Assembly: GCA_947581835.1 (NCBI GenBank)
Contig: CANPVV010000002.1
Span: forward strand, 3,842-67,841
Length of the DNA: 64,000 nt
Source: an uncultured Bacilli bacterium
GTDB taxonomy: Bacteria; Bacillota_I; Bacilli_A; RF39; UBA660
Direction of reading: 5' to 3'
Of the stretch, positions 48,816 through 56,864 are shown piece after piece (the first letter of the stretch is position 1; every line of letters starts with the position of its first letter). Position numbers and translations under genes: made by a program. The notes under the pieces are model-generated. The model was not told the origin of the DNA, searched no databases, and worked only from the letters and a program-made list of their open reading frames with translations.

Positions 48816-49195
48816 AAAATACCTCTATTTAATTATACCATTTATTTTTATTTTTTAAAGGATTTATATATAAAAAAGCTCTTAACTAAGCTTTTAAAAT
48901 TGAATTTTTTTTAACTTACTAAATTAGTTGCAAATATTTAAAAGTAAAATAAGCATTTATTTGTTACTAATTAATATTTTATAATATCAAAATAAAACAG
49001 AGTGTAATTAACACTCTGAAATTTCAGTGTTATTTGCCTTGGTGCGACGCTAACACATAGCGCTTACCTATAAATGTAAATTTACTAAATTTACGGCGCA
49101 TAACAAGGACTTACTGATAACACCATTATTATAATATGCATTTTTTTTAAAGTCAATACATATTAAAATTAAATTTCAACTTAAATTTAACTATT

Positions 49196-49858
49196 TCATT
49201 TTATTGGAAAATAAAACTCCCCTGATATATATTTTTCATTTTTCATTTTATTAATTTCATCAGAAAAACAATTATTTGCAATTAAATTAGTATAATAAAT
49301 ATTAGAAAATACATCTGCTATCTGTATTAATTCTCTAGTTTCAGATTGACAATATTCAACATAAAATTCTTCCTGTATATGACTTCCTGTAACTAACTCT
49401 GTATTTAAATATTCGCCAAGTGTTGACCTTGTTTCAGTTCTAACATTCCTTTCATCAATAAATAAATAATTTTCTTTGACGGATATTTGTTTATATTTAG
49501 TAAAATGTTCAAAGCTTAATTTTAAAAGATAATTAAATGCTCTTGCGGTGTTATTATAAAAATAATCTTTAACTTTTTTATTATCGCATATAATATAATA
49601 TATTTCAAACAATTCATTTTGACAAAAAAAGTTAACAAATTTTCTTTTCATATTAGCAGTAAAACAATTTCCTTTCAATTCTTTAAATTTCCCATTATCA
49701 TAAAACATTTTATTATCTTTATCCATCTTTCTTAAATTATCAAAATTACTACTTATAAATCTTTTAAATGCTCTTTTTAATCTATCTTTATTTTTAGGCA
49801 TTATAACACAGATGACAAAATATTTGTTTTTGTAATAGTTTAAATATTTTTTAGTCAT
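49196..49858 (-). CDS. Hypothetical protein; weak resemblance to DUF3800-type proteins (C-terminal QIADV motif); true start probably internal
   Basis: ORF track. An extended -10 (TGTGTTATAAT, minus sense) lies inside the 5' end of the ORF, suggesting a start at MDKDNKMFY or later. Confidence 0.35.
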   Translation of the reverse strand: MTKKYLNYYKNKYFVICVIMPKNKDRLKRAFKRFISSNFDNLRKMDKDNKMFYDNGKFKELKGNCFTANMKRKFVNFFCQNELFEIYYIICDNKKVKDYFYNNTARAFNYLLKLSFEHFTKYKQISVKENYLFIDERNVRTETRSTLGEYLNTELVTGSHIQEEFYVEYCQSETRELIQIADVFSNIYYTNLIANNCFSDEINKMKNEKYISGEFYFPIK

Positions 49859-50061
49859 ACTTCCAGATTCATCTATATAAAATGTGTTAATATTTCATCA
49901 CCACCAATAAGATTATATCATATACTTATAAATAATTTAAATGCTTTTTAATGTAGGCGAGCTTGGGTTATAAATCAAATCTAACAAAGCTTTATGAGTA
50001 TCTTAAACAAAAGAAAAACCCATAAACATTAAATTTATGAGTATTGAACGATTGGTATTTC

Positions 50062-50478
50062 CTATCGCTTACTAAATTGTGGAGCTCGACGAGCTTTTTT
50101 AAGGCCGTATTTTTTACGTTCTTTAACTCTTGCATCACGAGTTAAGAAACCACTGGCCTTTAACATTTTACGATAAGAATCTTCACGAGATTGATCAGTA
50201 TTAGCATCAAACTTTAACAAAGCACGAGCAATACCTAAACGAATAGCTCCAGCTTGACCTGAATATCCGCCACCTTTAACAGTAACATCAATATCAAAAC
50301 GATTTTCATTATCAGTAGTTACTAATGGTTGTTTTAAATCCATTACTAAAATTTTATTAGGGAAATATTCATTTACGTCTATTCCATTTACAGTAATGTT
50401 ACCTGTTCCCCCAACTAATCTTACTTGAGCAGAACTTCTTTTACGACGACCTGTTGCAGTCCATACTTGTTTTGCCAT
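50062..50478 (-). CDS. rpsI: 30S ribosomal protein S9
   Basis: C-terminal ...[10 protein letters not shown] and [10 protein letters not shown] motifs. Confidence 0.95.
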   Translation of the reverse strand: MAKQVWTATGRRKRSSAQVRLVGGTGNITVNGIDVNEYFPNKILVMDLKQPLVTTDNENRFDIDVTVKGGGYSGQAGAIRLGIARALLKFDANTDQSREDSYRKMLKASGFLTRDARVKERKKYGLKKARRAPQFSKR

Positions 50479-50488
50479 AAGTTACCTC

Positions 50489-50923
50489 CTAATTAATTTT
50501 AAGCACTTCAGGTTTTTGTGCTTCATGTTTATGGTCAGCATCTTTATAAACAAAGAGTTTTTTACCCATCTTGTTGCCAAGAGGTCCATGTGGAAGCATA
50601 CCTTTAATTGCTCTTTCTACCATTTCTTCTGGGTACTTTTCAAGCATTGTGCGAGCATTTCTCTCTCTTAATCCTCCCGGATAACCTGAATGATTGTAAT
50701 ACATTTTATCATCAAGTTTCTTACCTGTTAATTTTACTTTAGCTGCGTTAATTACAATTACATAATCACCACAATCAACATGAGGAGTATAAGTTGGTTT
50801 ATGTTTTCCTCTTAAAATAGTAGCAGCTTTAGTTGCAAGTCGACCTAAAGTTTGACCTTCAGCATCGATTACATACCATTTGCGTTCAATGTTTTCTTTT
50901 TTTTGCATGAATGTTGTCTTCAT
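50489..50923 (-). CDS. rplM: 50S ribosomal protein L13
   Basis: N-terminal ...[24 protein letters not shown]. Confidence 0.95.
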   Translation of the reverse strand: MKTTFMQKKENIERKWYVIDAEGQTLGRLATKAATILRGKHKPTYTPHVDCGDYVIVINAAKVKLTGKKLDDKMYYNHSGYPGGLRERNARTMLEKYPEEMVERAIKGMLPHGPLGNKMGKKLFVYKDADHKHEAQKPEVLKIN

Positions 50924-51005
50924 AACTATTTCCTTTCATTTAGTTTTTTTTACTTCTGCTTTCCCAAGGCATAATAAATCAAACAAATAAAATGTACCAT
51001 TTAAA

Positions 51006-51034
51006 ATTATATGTAAAATAAGTCTATTTGTCAA
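51006..51034 (-). promoter_or_regulatory. Sigma-A type promoter for rplM-rpsI (TTGACA-17-TATAAT on minus strand)
   Basis: Minus-strand reading: TTGACAAATAGACTTATTTTACATATAAT. Perfect -35 and -10 with a 17-nt spacer, about 80 nt upstream of the rplM start. Confidence 0.55.
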
Positions 51035-51129
51035 ATAGATTTTAGTATATTTTTCTTAAAATTAGCAAAAATTTAACTTTTTAAAAAAATTTATGACTTT
51101 ATAAGGTTCCTCTTATATTATAATTAACA

Positions 51130-51918
51130 TTATTTTTTATTTAGTTTGCGTTTAAATTCTTCAATTGGTGTTACTATCTCCTCTGGTAGTTTTTGATAAT
51201 CAATGTTAAGTTCTCTTGAAAAATTTGAATTAGACATAACCCCTTGAAATAAAGGAATCTGATTTTTATTAACATATTCATGACAACAAGAACAATAATA
51301 ATTATTACCGATAGATAAATCCATTCTTAAATCATGACCAAACATATAACATAACTTTCCACGTAAAAAGTTTAAGTAATCTTTATATTGTAGAAATTTT
51401 TTCTGTTCTTCAATAATCATGCGATATGTTTTATTATTAATAGCAAGGGAATAATCATCATAAATTTCATCAGGAATTAATTGTTTATATGGTTGAGAAA
51501 GTTTAGTATGATCAGTAGAAATTTTTCCCTCAACGCAAGTAATTGCACCACACGTTACACATTTATATTTTTTTAAATACCTTCTATCAAAGCCCCTTCT
51601 AAAACTATGCTTATTAAAAGAACTTTCCATAATTTTTTCACTCAAAATTAAATAATTATGACCATGAATTTGGCAATATGTATCTAAAATTTTTATTCTT
51701 GCTTCTTCAAGTTCACAATATTTTTTCTCATTTTCATTAAAAGCTTCCTCTATTTCTTGGAGTTTTTTACTTCTTATATCTCTTAAAATTAAAATTCTTG
51801 ATTTATTATTTTTCTTTAAAGTTGCTCTGTCTTTATAAACTTTTGTTTCTTCATCTTGATACTCTTGTAAAACTAAATTTAATTTTTGATCAAATATATT
51901 TATATTTTCATTTGTCAT
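51130..51918 (-). CDS. Cys/His-rich hypothetical protein (262 aa), inserted between truA and rplM
   Basis: ORF track. Motifs CQIHGHNY, CVTCGAITC, CYMFGHD, CSCCHEY suggest metal binding. Confidence 0.4.
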   Translation of the reverse strand: MTNENINIFDQKLNLVLQEYQDEETKVYKDRATLKKNNKSRILILRDIRSKKLQEIEEAFNENEKKYCELEEARIKILDTYCQIHGHNYLILSEKIMESSFNKHSFRRGFDRRYLKKYKCVTCGAITCVEGKISTDHTKLSQPYKQLIPDEIYDDYSLAINNKTYRMIIEEQKKFLQYKDYLNFLRGKLCYMFGHDLRMDLSIGNNYYCSCCHEYVNKNQIPLFQGVMSNSNFSRELNIDYQKLPEEIVTPIEEFKRKLNKK

Positions 51919-51973
51919 TGTTTATCCTCCTAATGATTTTTTAGTATAACTCATCTTTGGAGTTATTGCTATA

Positions 51974-52699
51974 TTATTTATAATAAATTTTATTTAAATA
52001 TAAGCCATTAGGTAAAGCTGTACTAAATGTTTTAGAAATATTAGGATTATCTAAAGCATATTTAATTTCATCTATTGTATTTTTACCCCGACCTACATCC
52101 ATCATCGCTCCAACTAAATTTCTTACCATATATCGATAAAAACTTTTACCTATAAATTTTATTTCCAAAATATCTTTATGCTTTTTAAATTTAATATCAT
52201 ATATAATACACTCATAATTATTTCGAGTTCCCGCAACAAAATTTTCAAAATTATGAATACCTACAAAAATTTTAGCACAATCTTTCATTTTATCAATATC
52301 TAAAGAATATTCTGGAGTATAATAATAATCGGTATATAAAGGATTATATTTACCTAAATTAATTTTATAAATATACTCTTTTTTTATAGTATTAAAACGG
52401 GCATGAAAAGAAGCATCCACGATTTTTACATTAGTAACATAAATATAAGGCTTTACTAAACTATTTAAAGCCAATTTTAAATGATTTTCATCAATATTAA
52501 TATCTAATTTAAAAGAAGCTTTTTGGTCATATGCATGAACACCCCTATCAGTTCTACCAGCCCCCTTTATTGTTACTTCTTTTTTATTTATTAAAGTTAA
52601 AGCTTCCTCTATCCTTTGCTGTACAGTAAAATGCTTTTTTAATCTTTGAAATCCATAAAATTTAGATCCATCATAACTTATACTTATTAAAAAATACAT
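51974..52699 (-). CDS. truA: tRNA pseudouridine(38-40) synthase TruA
   Basis: Catalytic GAGRTDRGVHA motif. Conserved position upstream of rplM-rpsI. Confidence 0.9.
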   Translation of the reverse strand: MYFLISISYDGSKFYGFQRLKKHFTVQQRIEEALTLINKKEVTIKGAGRTDRGVHAYDQKASFKLDINIDENHLKLALNSLVKPYIYVTNVKIVDASFHARFNTIKKEYIYKINLGKYNPLYTDYYYTPEYSLDIDKMKDCAKIFVGIHNFENFVAGTRNNYECIIYDIKFKKHKDILEIKFIGKSFYRYMVRNLVGAMMDVGRGKNTIDEIKYALDNPNISKTFSTALPNGLYLNKIYYK

Positions 52700-52700
52700 A

Positions 52701-53315
52701 CTATTCCTCCTTAATTCTATATATTGCTTTTAATAACTCCGGAGTAGTTTTATAATCTGATATTTTAATATTTTTATTTTTAATTAAAGTTATAAATTTA
52801 CTAATTGGTGGATTTTCTACATAATCTAAAATTTTAAAATCTTTATTATTAAAAGTGTGGATAATTTCTTTGTTATCAACATAAATTATTTCTTTAGCTA
52901 TAGACCAAAGATATGTTAAATCATTTGTATATAAAATTATAGTTTTATGATAATCTTGCGAAATCTTTTTAAATAGGCGTTTAAACTCTTCATTTTCCAG
53001 ATAAGTTAAATATTTATCAAAATATTCTAAAAATAAATAATCTTTATTAGCAATAAGCGCTTGAGCAAGATTTACTTTAATTATGTCACTTTCGGTTAAA
53101 TCTTGAACAGTTTTAGTTAAATAACTTTCATCTAACAAAACCATTTTAAGACTATTTAAAGCTTTAGGACTGTTTAAGTATGAAGCAATATCATTTTTAA
53201 ATTTATAATCACTCACAATACTACAATTATGATGGTTAGTAGTTAAATTAATATTACCCATAAGCCCATAGATAAAGCCAGGTGTTTTAGTATCTATAAT
53301 CCGCATTACTTCCAT
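52701..53315 (-). CDS. Degenerate EcfA'-like ABC ATPase homolog lacking Walker A/B and H-loop (pseudo-ATPase or decaying gene)
   Basis: GFIYGLMGNINLTTN in place of GxxGxGKS/T. LTESDIIKVNLAQALIANKDYLFLEYFD in place of LSGGQ...ILDEPT. KTIILYTNDLTYLWSIAKEIIYVDNKEI resembles the EcfA H-loop/C-terminal block but His is replaced by Asn. Confidence 0.5.
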   Translation of the reverse strand: MEVMRIIDTKTPGFIYGLMGNINLTTNHHNCSIVSDYKFKNDIASYLNSPKALNSLKMVLLDESYLTKTVQDLTESDIIKVNLAQALIANKDYLFLEYFDKYLTYLENEEFKRLFKKISQDYHKTIILYTNDLTYLWSIAKEIIYVDNKEIIHTFNNKDFKILDYVENPPISKFITLIKNKNIKISDYKTTPELLKAIYRIKEE

Positions 53316-53899
53316 AAATCATTCACCAAACTTTCAGCATCAAAATAAACTTTATTAACTAAATTATAATATTTTAAACCAATAGATAAATCAAGAATAA
53401 AGGGCAGATTCAAACCTAATTTTTTAAATATTTTTTCCTCTTTTAAAACAGATTTAGTATTTCCTTCAATAATAATCTCTTGATTATGAATTACTATTAA
53501 ATAATCTAAAAACAAAGTTTCTTCAATATCTGTAGTATAGTTTACAATTATTTTTTTATTTAATTTTAAAAAGTTAATTATATGCATTTTAAATTCATAA
53601 TCTAAAAATGTTAAAACATTTACAAACACAAAGATATTTTTCTGATAATCAAGAGAAGATAAAATTGTTAATTTAAGTTCATCTTGTTTAGTTAATTTAG
53701 GTTTAGAAAGTAAATCAAGAAGATTAAATTCTTTTAATAATGGCTGAGGTATACCATTTATATAATATTTTTTGTCTTTAGTTATTACCTCAGCATTATT
53801 ATTTAAAAAAAAGATTATATCATCATGATAATTATAATTAGTTGAAATAATAGTTGTATCTTTTTTAGGTAATTCTTGAAATACTAACATAATTATCAC
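53306..53899 (-). CDS. Degenerate EcfA-like ABC ATPase homolog (N-terminally truncated, no Walker A; H-loop His->Thr)
   Basis: KKIIVNYTTDIEETLFLDYLIVIHNQEIIIEGNTKSVL...KKLGLNLPFILDLSIGLKY aligns with B. subtilis EcfA GLTVILVTHNMEDAAKYAEQIVVMHKGTVFLQGSAEEVF...EKIGVDLPMSLKY. LTKQDELKLTILSSL in place of LSGGQ. IFVFVNVLTFLDYE in place of Walker B. Confidence 0.55.
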   Translation of the reverse strand: MIIMLVFQELPKKDTTIISTNYNYHDDIIFFLNNNAEVITKDKKYYINGIPQPLLKEFNLLDLLSKPKLTKQDELKLTILSSLDYQKNIFVFVNVLTFLDYEFKMHIINFLKLNKKIIVNYTTDIEETLFLDYLIVIHNQEIIIEGNTKSVLKEEKIFKKLGLNLPFILDLSIGLKYYNLVNKVYFDAESLVNDLWK

Positions 53900-54040
53900 C
53901 TCTTTAGGTATATAATAACAAATTATTAGAAGTTTTTAAAGTAAAAAGATAGCTTCTTTTTAAGAAACTATCAATATAAAGTAATAAAAATATAACTTGC
54001 CTTTAGATAGAGATAATAAGCACTAAAGGCAAGAGAAGTA

Positions 54041-55477
54041 TTAATCTAGTTTTACTGTGAAAGGTTTAGAAGAAGTACCCTCTCCTCCTTCTTCAAATGG
54101 GGTATCGGCTTTGAGGTTTATTACTGGTCTAACACCACTAGCATTGCCTACGTTGTGCCCGCCAAGGTAGCCACCAGTGTTATCCACATAGAACACGAGA
54201 GCACTTGTAGCAAAAAACGGAGACATGGTCCAATAATATTCACCTGTATATAAGTAATAACTTCTGTTAGTATAACTCGCGCCATAACCTGAACCTGCAA
54301 ACATTATTTCATCAGCGGTTATTAAGCCTACTGGAATTGGTAATTTTCTATTTCCTCTATTACTGTCTTCAGTTGTATACAAATCTTTATCTATCTGTGG
54401 ACATTTAAAAGATGGTTTTTTATCTATTTCAATTCGTAAACGTGGACCATAATATGTATTAATACCTCCATAACCATAATTTGTTTTATCAATTAGACTG
54501 CCAGAAGAATTACTTGCATATGGTGTTCTATCTCCACAAAAACCTGCTTCACCATCTAACCATTTCTTAGCATCTTCTGATATACCATCATTGTTATACC
54601 AATTATTCATTATTTCTGTCAAAATACTACTTTTTTCTTCATTTGCATGAGTAGCATTATATGCTGTATCATCTTCTGCTTTTTTAGCTTGACCAGTTTT
54701 TCCAAACATATATCCTACATATGCATTATCTCCAGACCAAGTATTAAATACTTTACTAGTTAAAGCCACAGTTTTAGGCCCAGTTGTAGCGGCAGTTCCA
54801 CTTCCACTATAAATCAACCTTATTGTTCCATCTCCATTTATCCTTATTATTCGCCAATATGTTTCTCCTAATTTTACCCAATTTTTTTCAGTCGTACCTC
54901 TAATATAGTATGTTTCTCCATAATCATCTACTCCTTTACATAACAAATCTTTATCAGTAATTGGTTTAGTTATAGCATTATTTGGTTGACCTGTAGTTTG
55001 ATCAATTACTGGACAATCTTCATCATTAGATAACTCTAAATCAGGAAATTTTGCCAATGTATCTTGTACTGTTGGTATTTTAATTTCATTGAAGTAAATA
55101 TAACATTTTGTTCCTTTTTTATTTATTTTTATATTTACTTCTTCTCCATCAAAAGTTATTTTATCTTTTATAGGAATTTCACTATCTGGAACTTTGCAAT
55201 AACTATCATTACTTAATTCATATTTTCCTATTGGTATTGAATCTATTGGTTCATATTCACTTGCATCGTATTCTTTTTTATACATAGCAATAACATTTAA
55301 ATCTGCATTTGAATAGTTAATTGTAGAATTAACTAACTTTGCACTATCAACTACTTTATATTTAGCTTTAGTTAAAAACAAATTTATTATAATAAGAAGT
55401 ACAGCACACATTAAAAAACCATACAAAAACATTATTTTACCTTTTCCACTACTTTCATTTAATTTTTCAAATTTCAT
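54041..55477 (-). CDS. N-terminally membrane-anchored extracellular protein (478 aa), G/Y/T-rich
   Basis: ORF track. TM MFLYGFLMCAVLLIIINLFL. No recognisable catalytic motif. Confidence 0.4.
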   Translation of the reverse strand: MKFEKLNESSGKGKIMFLYGFLMCAVLLIIINLFLTKAKYKVVDSAKLVNSTINYSNADLNVIAMYKKEYDASEYEPIDSIPIGKYELSNDSYCKVPDSEIPIKDKITFDGEEVNIKINKKGTKCYIYFNEIKIPTVQDTLAKFPDLELSNDEDCPVIDQTTGQPNNAITKPITDKDLLCKGVDDYGETYYIRGTTEKNWVKLGETYWRIIRINGDGTIRLIYSGSGTAATTGPKTVALTSKVFNTWSGDNAYVGYMFGKTGQAKKAEDDTAYNATHANEEKSSILTEIMNNWYNNDGISEDAKKWLDGEAGFCGDRTPYASNSSGSLIDKTNYGYGGINTYYGPRLRIEIDKKPSFKCPQIDKDLYTTEDSNRGNRKLPIPVGLITADEIMFAGSGYGASYTNRSYYLYTGEYYWTMSPFFATSALVFYVDNTGGYLGGHNVGNASGVRPVINLKADTPFEEGGEGTSSKPFTVKLD

Positions 55478-55651
55478 TTTTATAACTTCCTCTCTTAAAA
55501 TTTTCTCTTATGTTATTTTATAAATTAATAAGATATGATTATTTATTGAGACATATTTGTCTCATATTATGATATTAGAATACCATATTGGGGCAAATTT
55601 GTCAAGGCTGCAATGGGGCATATTTGGTATTATTTTGACAGAGGCGATTAT

Positions 55652-55864
55652 ATGCTTAAAGAATATAGAATACGTAAAAAGATAAGTCAAGAAAAATTAG
55701 AAAATATGACAGATTTAGATAGAAAAACCATTTTTAGAATTGAAAATGACTTAAATATTCCACAATTAGACACTTTTGCTAAATTAGTAGAAGCATTAGA
55801 ATTAACAGACGAAGAAATTTTATTAGAAATTAAAAAAATAATTAAAAAAGAAAAGCATAAATAA
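55652..55864 (+). CDS. XRE-family HTH transcriptional regulator (Cro/CI-like)
   Basis: MLKEYRIRKKISQEKLENMTDLDRKTIFRIENDLNIPQLDTFAKLVEALELTDEEI. Start taken at ATG 55652 inside ORF-track frame 55613. Confidence 0.7.
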   Translation: MLKEYRIRKKISQEKLENMTDLDRKTIFRIENDLNIPQLDTFAKLVEALELTDEEILLEIKKIIKKEKHK

Positions 55865-55965
55865 TACTCATTAGAAACTATTTATAATAATAGTTTTTAT
55901 TATTGTCGAATTTTGTCGAACGAAATTTCTTGATTATTCTTATTTATTATTTATAATAGTATCTT

Positions 55966-56226
55966 GAGCGTTAGGACTTGCGTCTACTAATTCTGACATA
56001 TTTATTGCCTCCCTTACAAAACTTCTTAGGGGGTTTTGGAGAAAGGAAATGATATGGATTTATTAGTTAGCTTAAAAGAAATTTTAAACTATATAATTTG
56101 TTTGCTTTCGAGTAAACGAAAAAAGGCGCAAACACCAGTCATTATTATTGCGAGTAACTCTAATAATGTAAGTGTAAGCGTCATTATCGATAGATAGTAG
56201 ACGTTTGCTCCTAACGCTCTACTAAT
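55966..56226. repeat. ~27-bp imperfect inverted repeats (GAGCGTTAGGA....CGTCTACTAATT) flanking a ~200-bp cassette with a strongly RBS-preceded 47-codon ORF
   Basis: Left arm 55966-55992 GAGCGTTAGGACTTGCGTCTACTAATT. Right arm 56196-56226 AGTAGACGTTTGCTCCTAACGCTCTACTAATT (reverse complement of GAGCGTTAGGA and CGTCTACT present). Internal ORF 56055-56198 after GGAGAAAGGAAATGATATG. Confidence 0.6.
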
Positions 56227-56270
56227 TAAATTTTAACATAATATTTTTAAATATACAATTATTTTATTAA

Positions 56271-56864
56271 CTATTCTTTATTACCTTTTAATAATTCAAC
56301 AAAATATTTATTTAGATTTTCATTTAAAGCTAATATAGGACCAATTTGCGATGTAACATAAAAATTATGATATTTATAACCCTCAAGCATAGTATTATTG
56401 TTACCCATCCCTTTTTCTAAATTAAAAATTAAATTATCAGTACTCTTAATTAAATAGTTAGTATTTTGAAAACCTTTTATTTTACCATTGCATAATGAGG
56501 TTGTAGAAATAGTATTACCCACTTGATAATTATCTAACTTAGTAAATTCATAAAGATTTAAAAAATCAAATATACTTAAAGCATTACCTGTTACTAAAAA
56601 TATTTTATCTTGTCTTAAATAACTCAAAATTTCTTCTCTATATTTAGATAAAACTTTTTTAGCTTTTTCTAAATAAATATCTCTACCACTACCTATATAA
56701 ATAAAATTATATTCATTAAAGTTTATTTTATCTTCTAAATTAATATTTATTAATTCATATGCTATATTAGATTCATTTAATAAAAAGGTTAAAGCTTTAA
56801 TATTACCATTTTCTCCATAAAGATTTAATTCATTAGGAAATAAGTGGGCTATTTTTAGTTTCAT
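56271..56864 (-). CDS. gatD: GatD-like (CobQ/CobB-type glutamine amidotransferase fold) partner of MurT, apparently lacking catalytic Cys and His
   Basis: N-terminal MKLKIAHLFPNELNLYGENGNIKAL matches the GatD start (..LNLYSDIGNIIAL). Region equivalent to S. aureus LTICGGYQ reads LVTGNALS. Region equivalent to YLHGPIL reads SQIGPIL. Confidence 0.6.
   Translation of the reverse strand: MKLKIAHLFPNELNLYGENGNIKALTFLLNESNIAYELININLEDKINFNEYNFIYIGSGRDIYLEKAKKVLSKYREEILSYLRQDKIFLVTGNALSIFDFLNLYEFTKLDNYQVGNTISTTSLCNGKIKGFQNTNYLIKSTDNLIFNLEKGMGNNNTMLEGYKYHNFYVTSQIGPILALNENLNKYFVELLKGNKE

Noticed and set aside
49196-49858. Assignment of the 220-aa ORF to DUF3800 or an Abi family
   Set aside because: Only a C-terminal QIADV-like motif matches. 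The N-terminal DESG-type motif is absent. This is insufficient for a family call.
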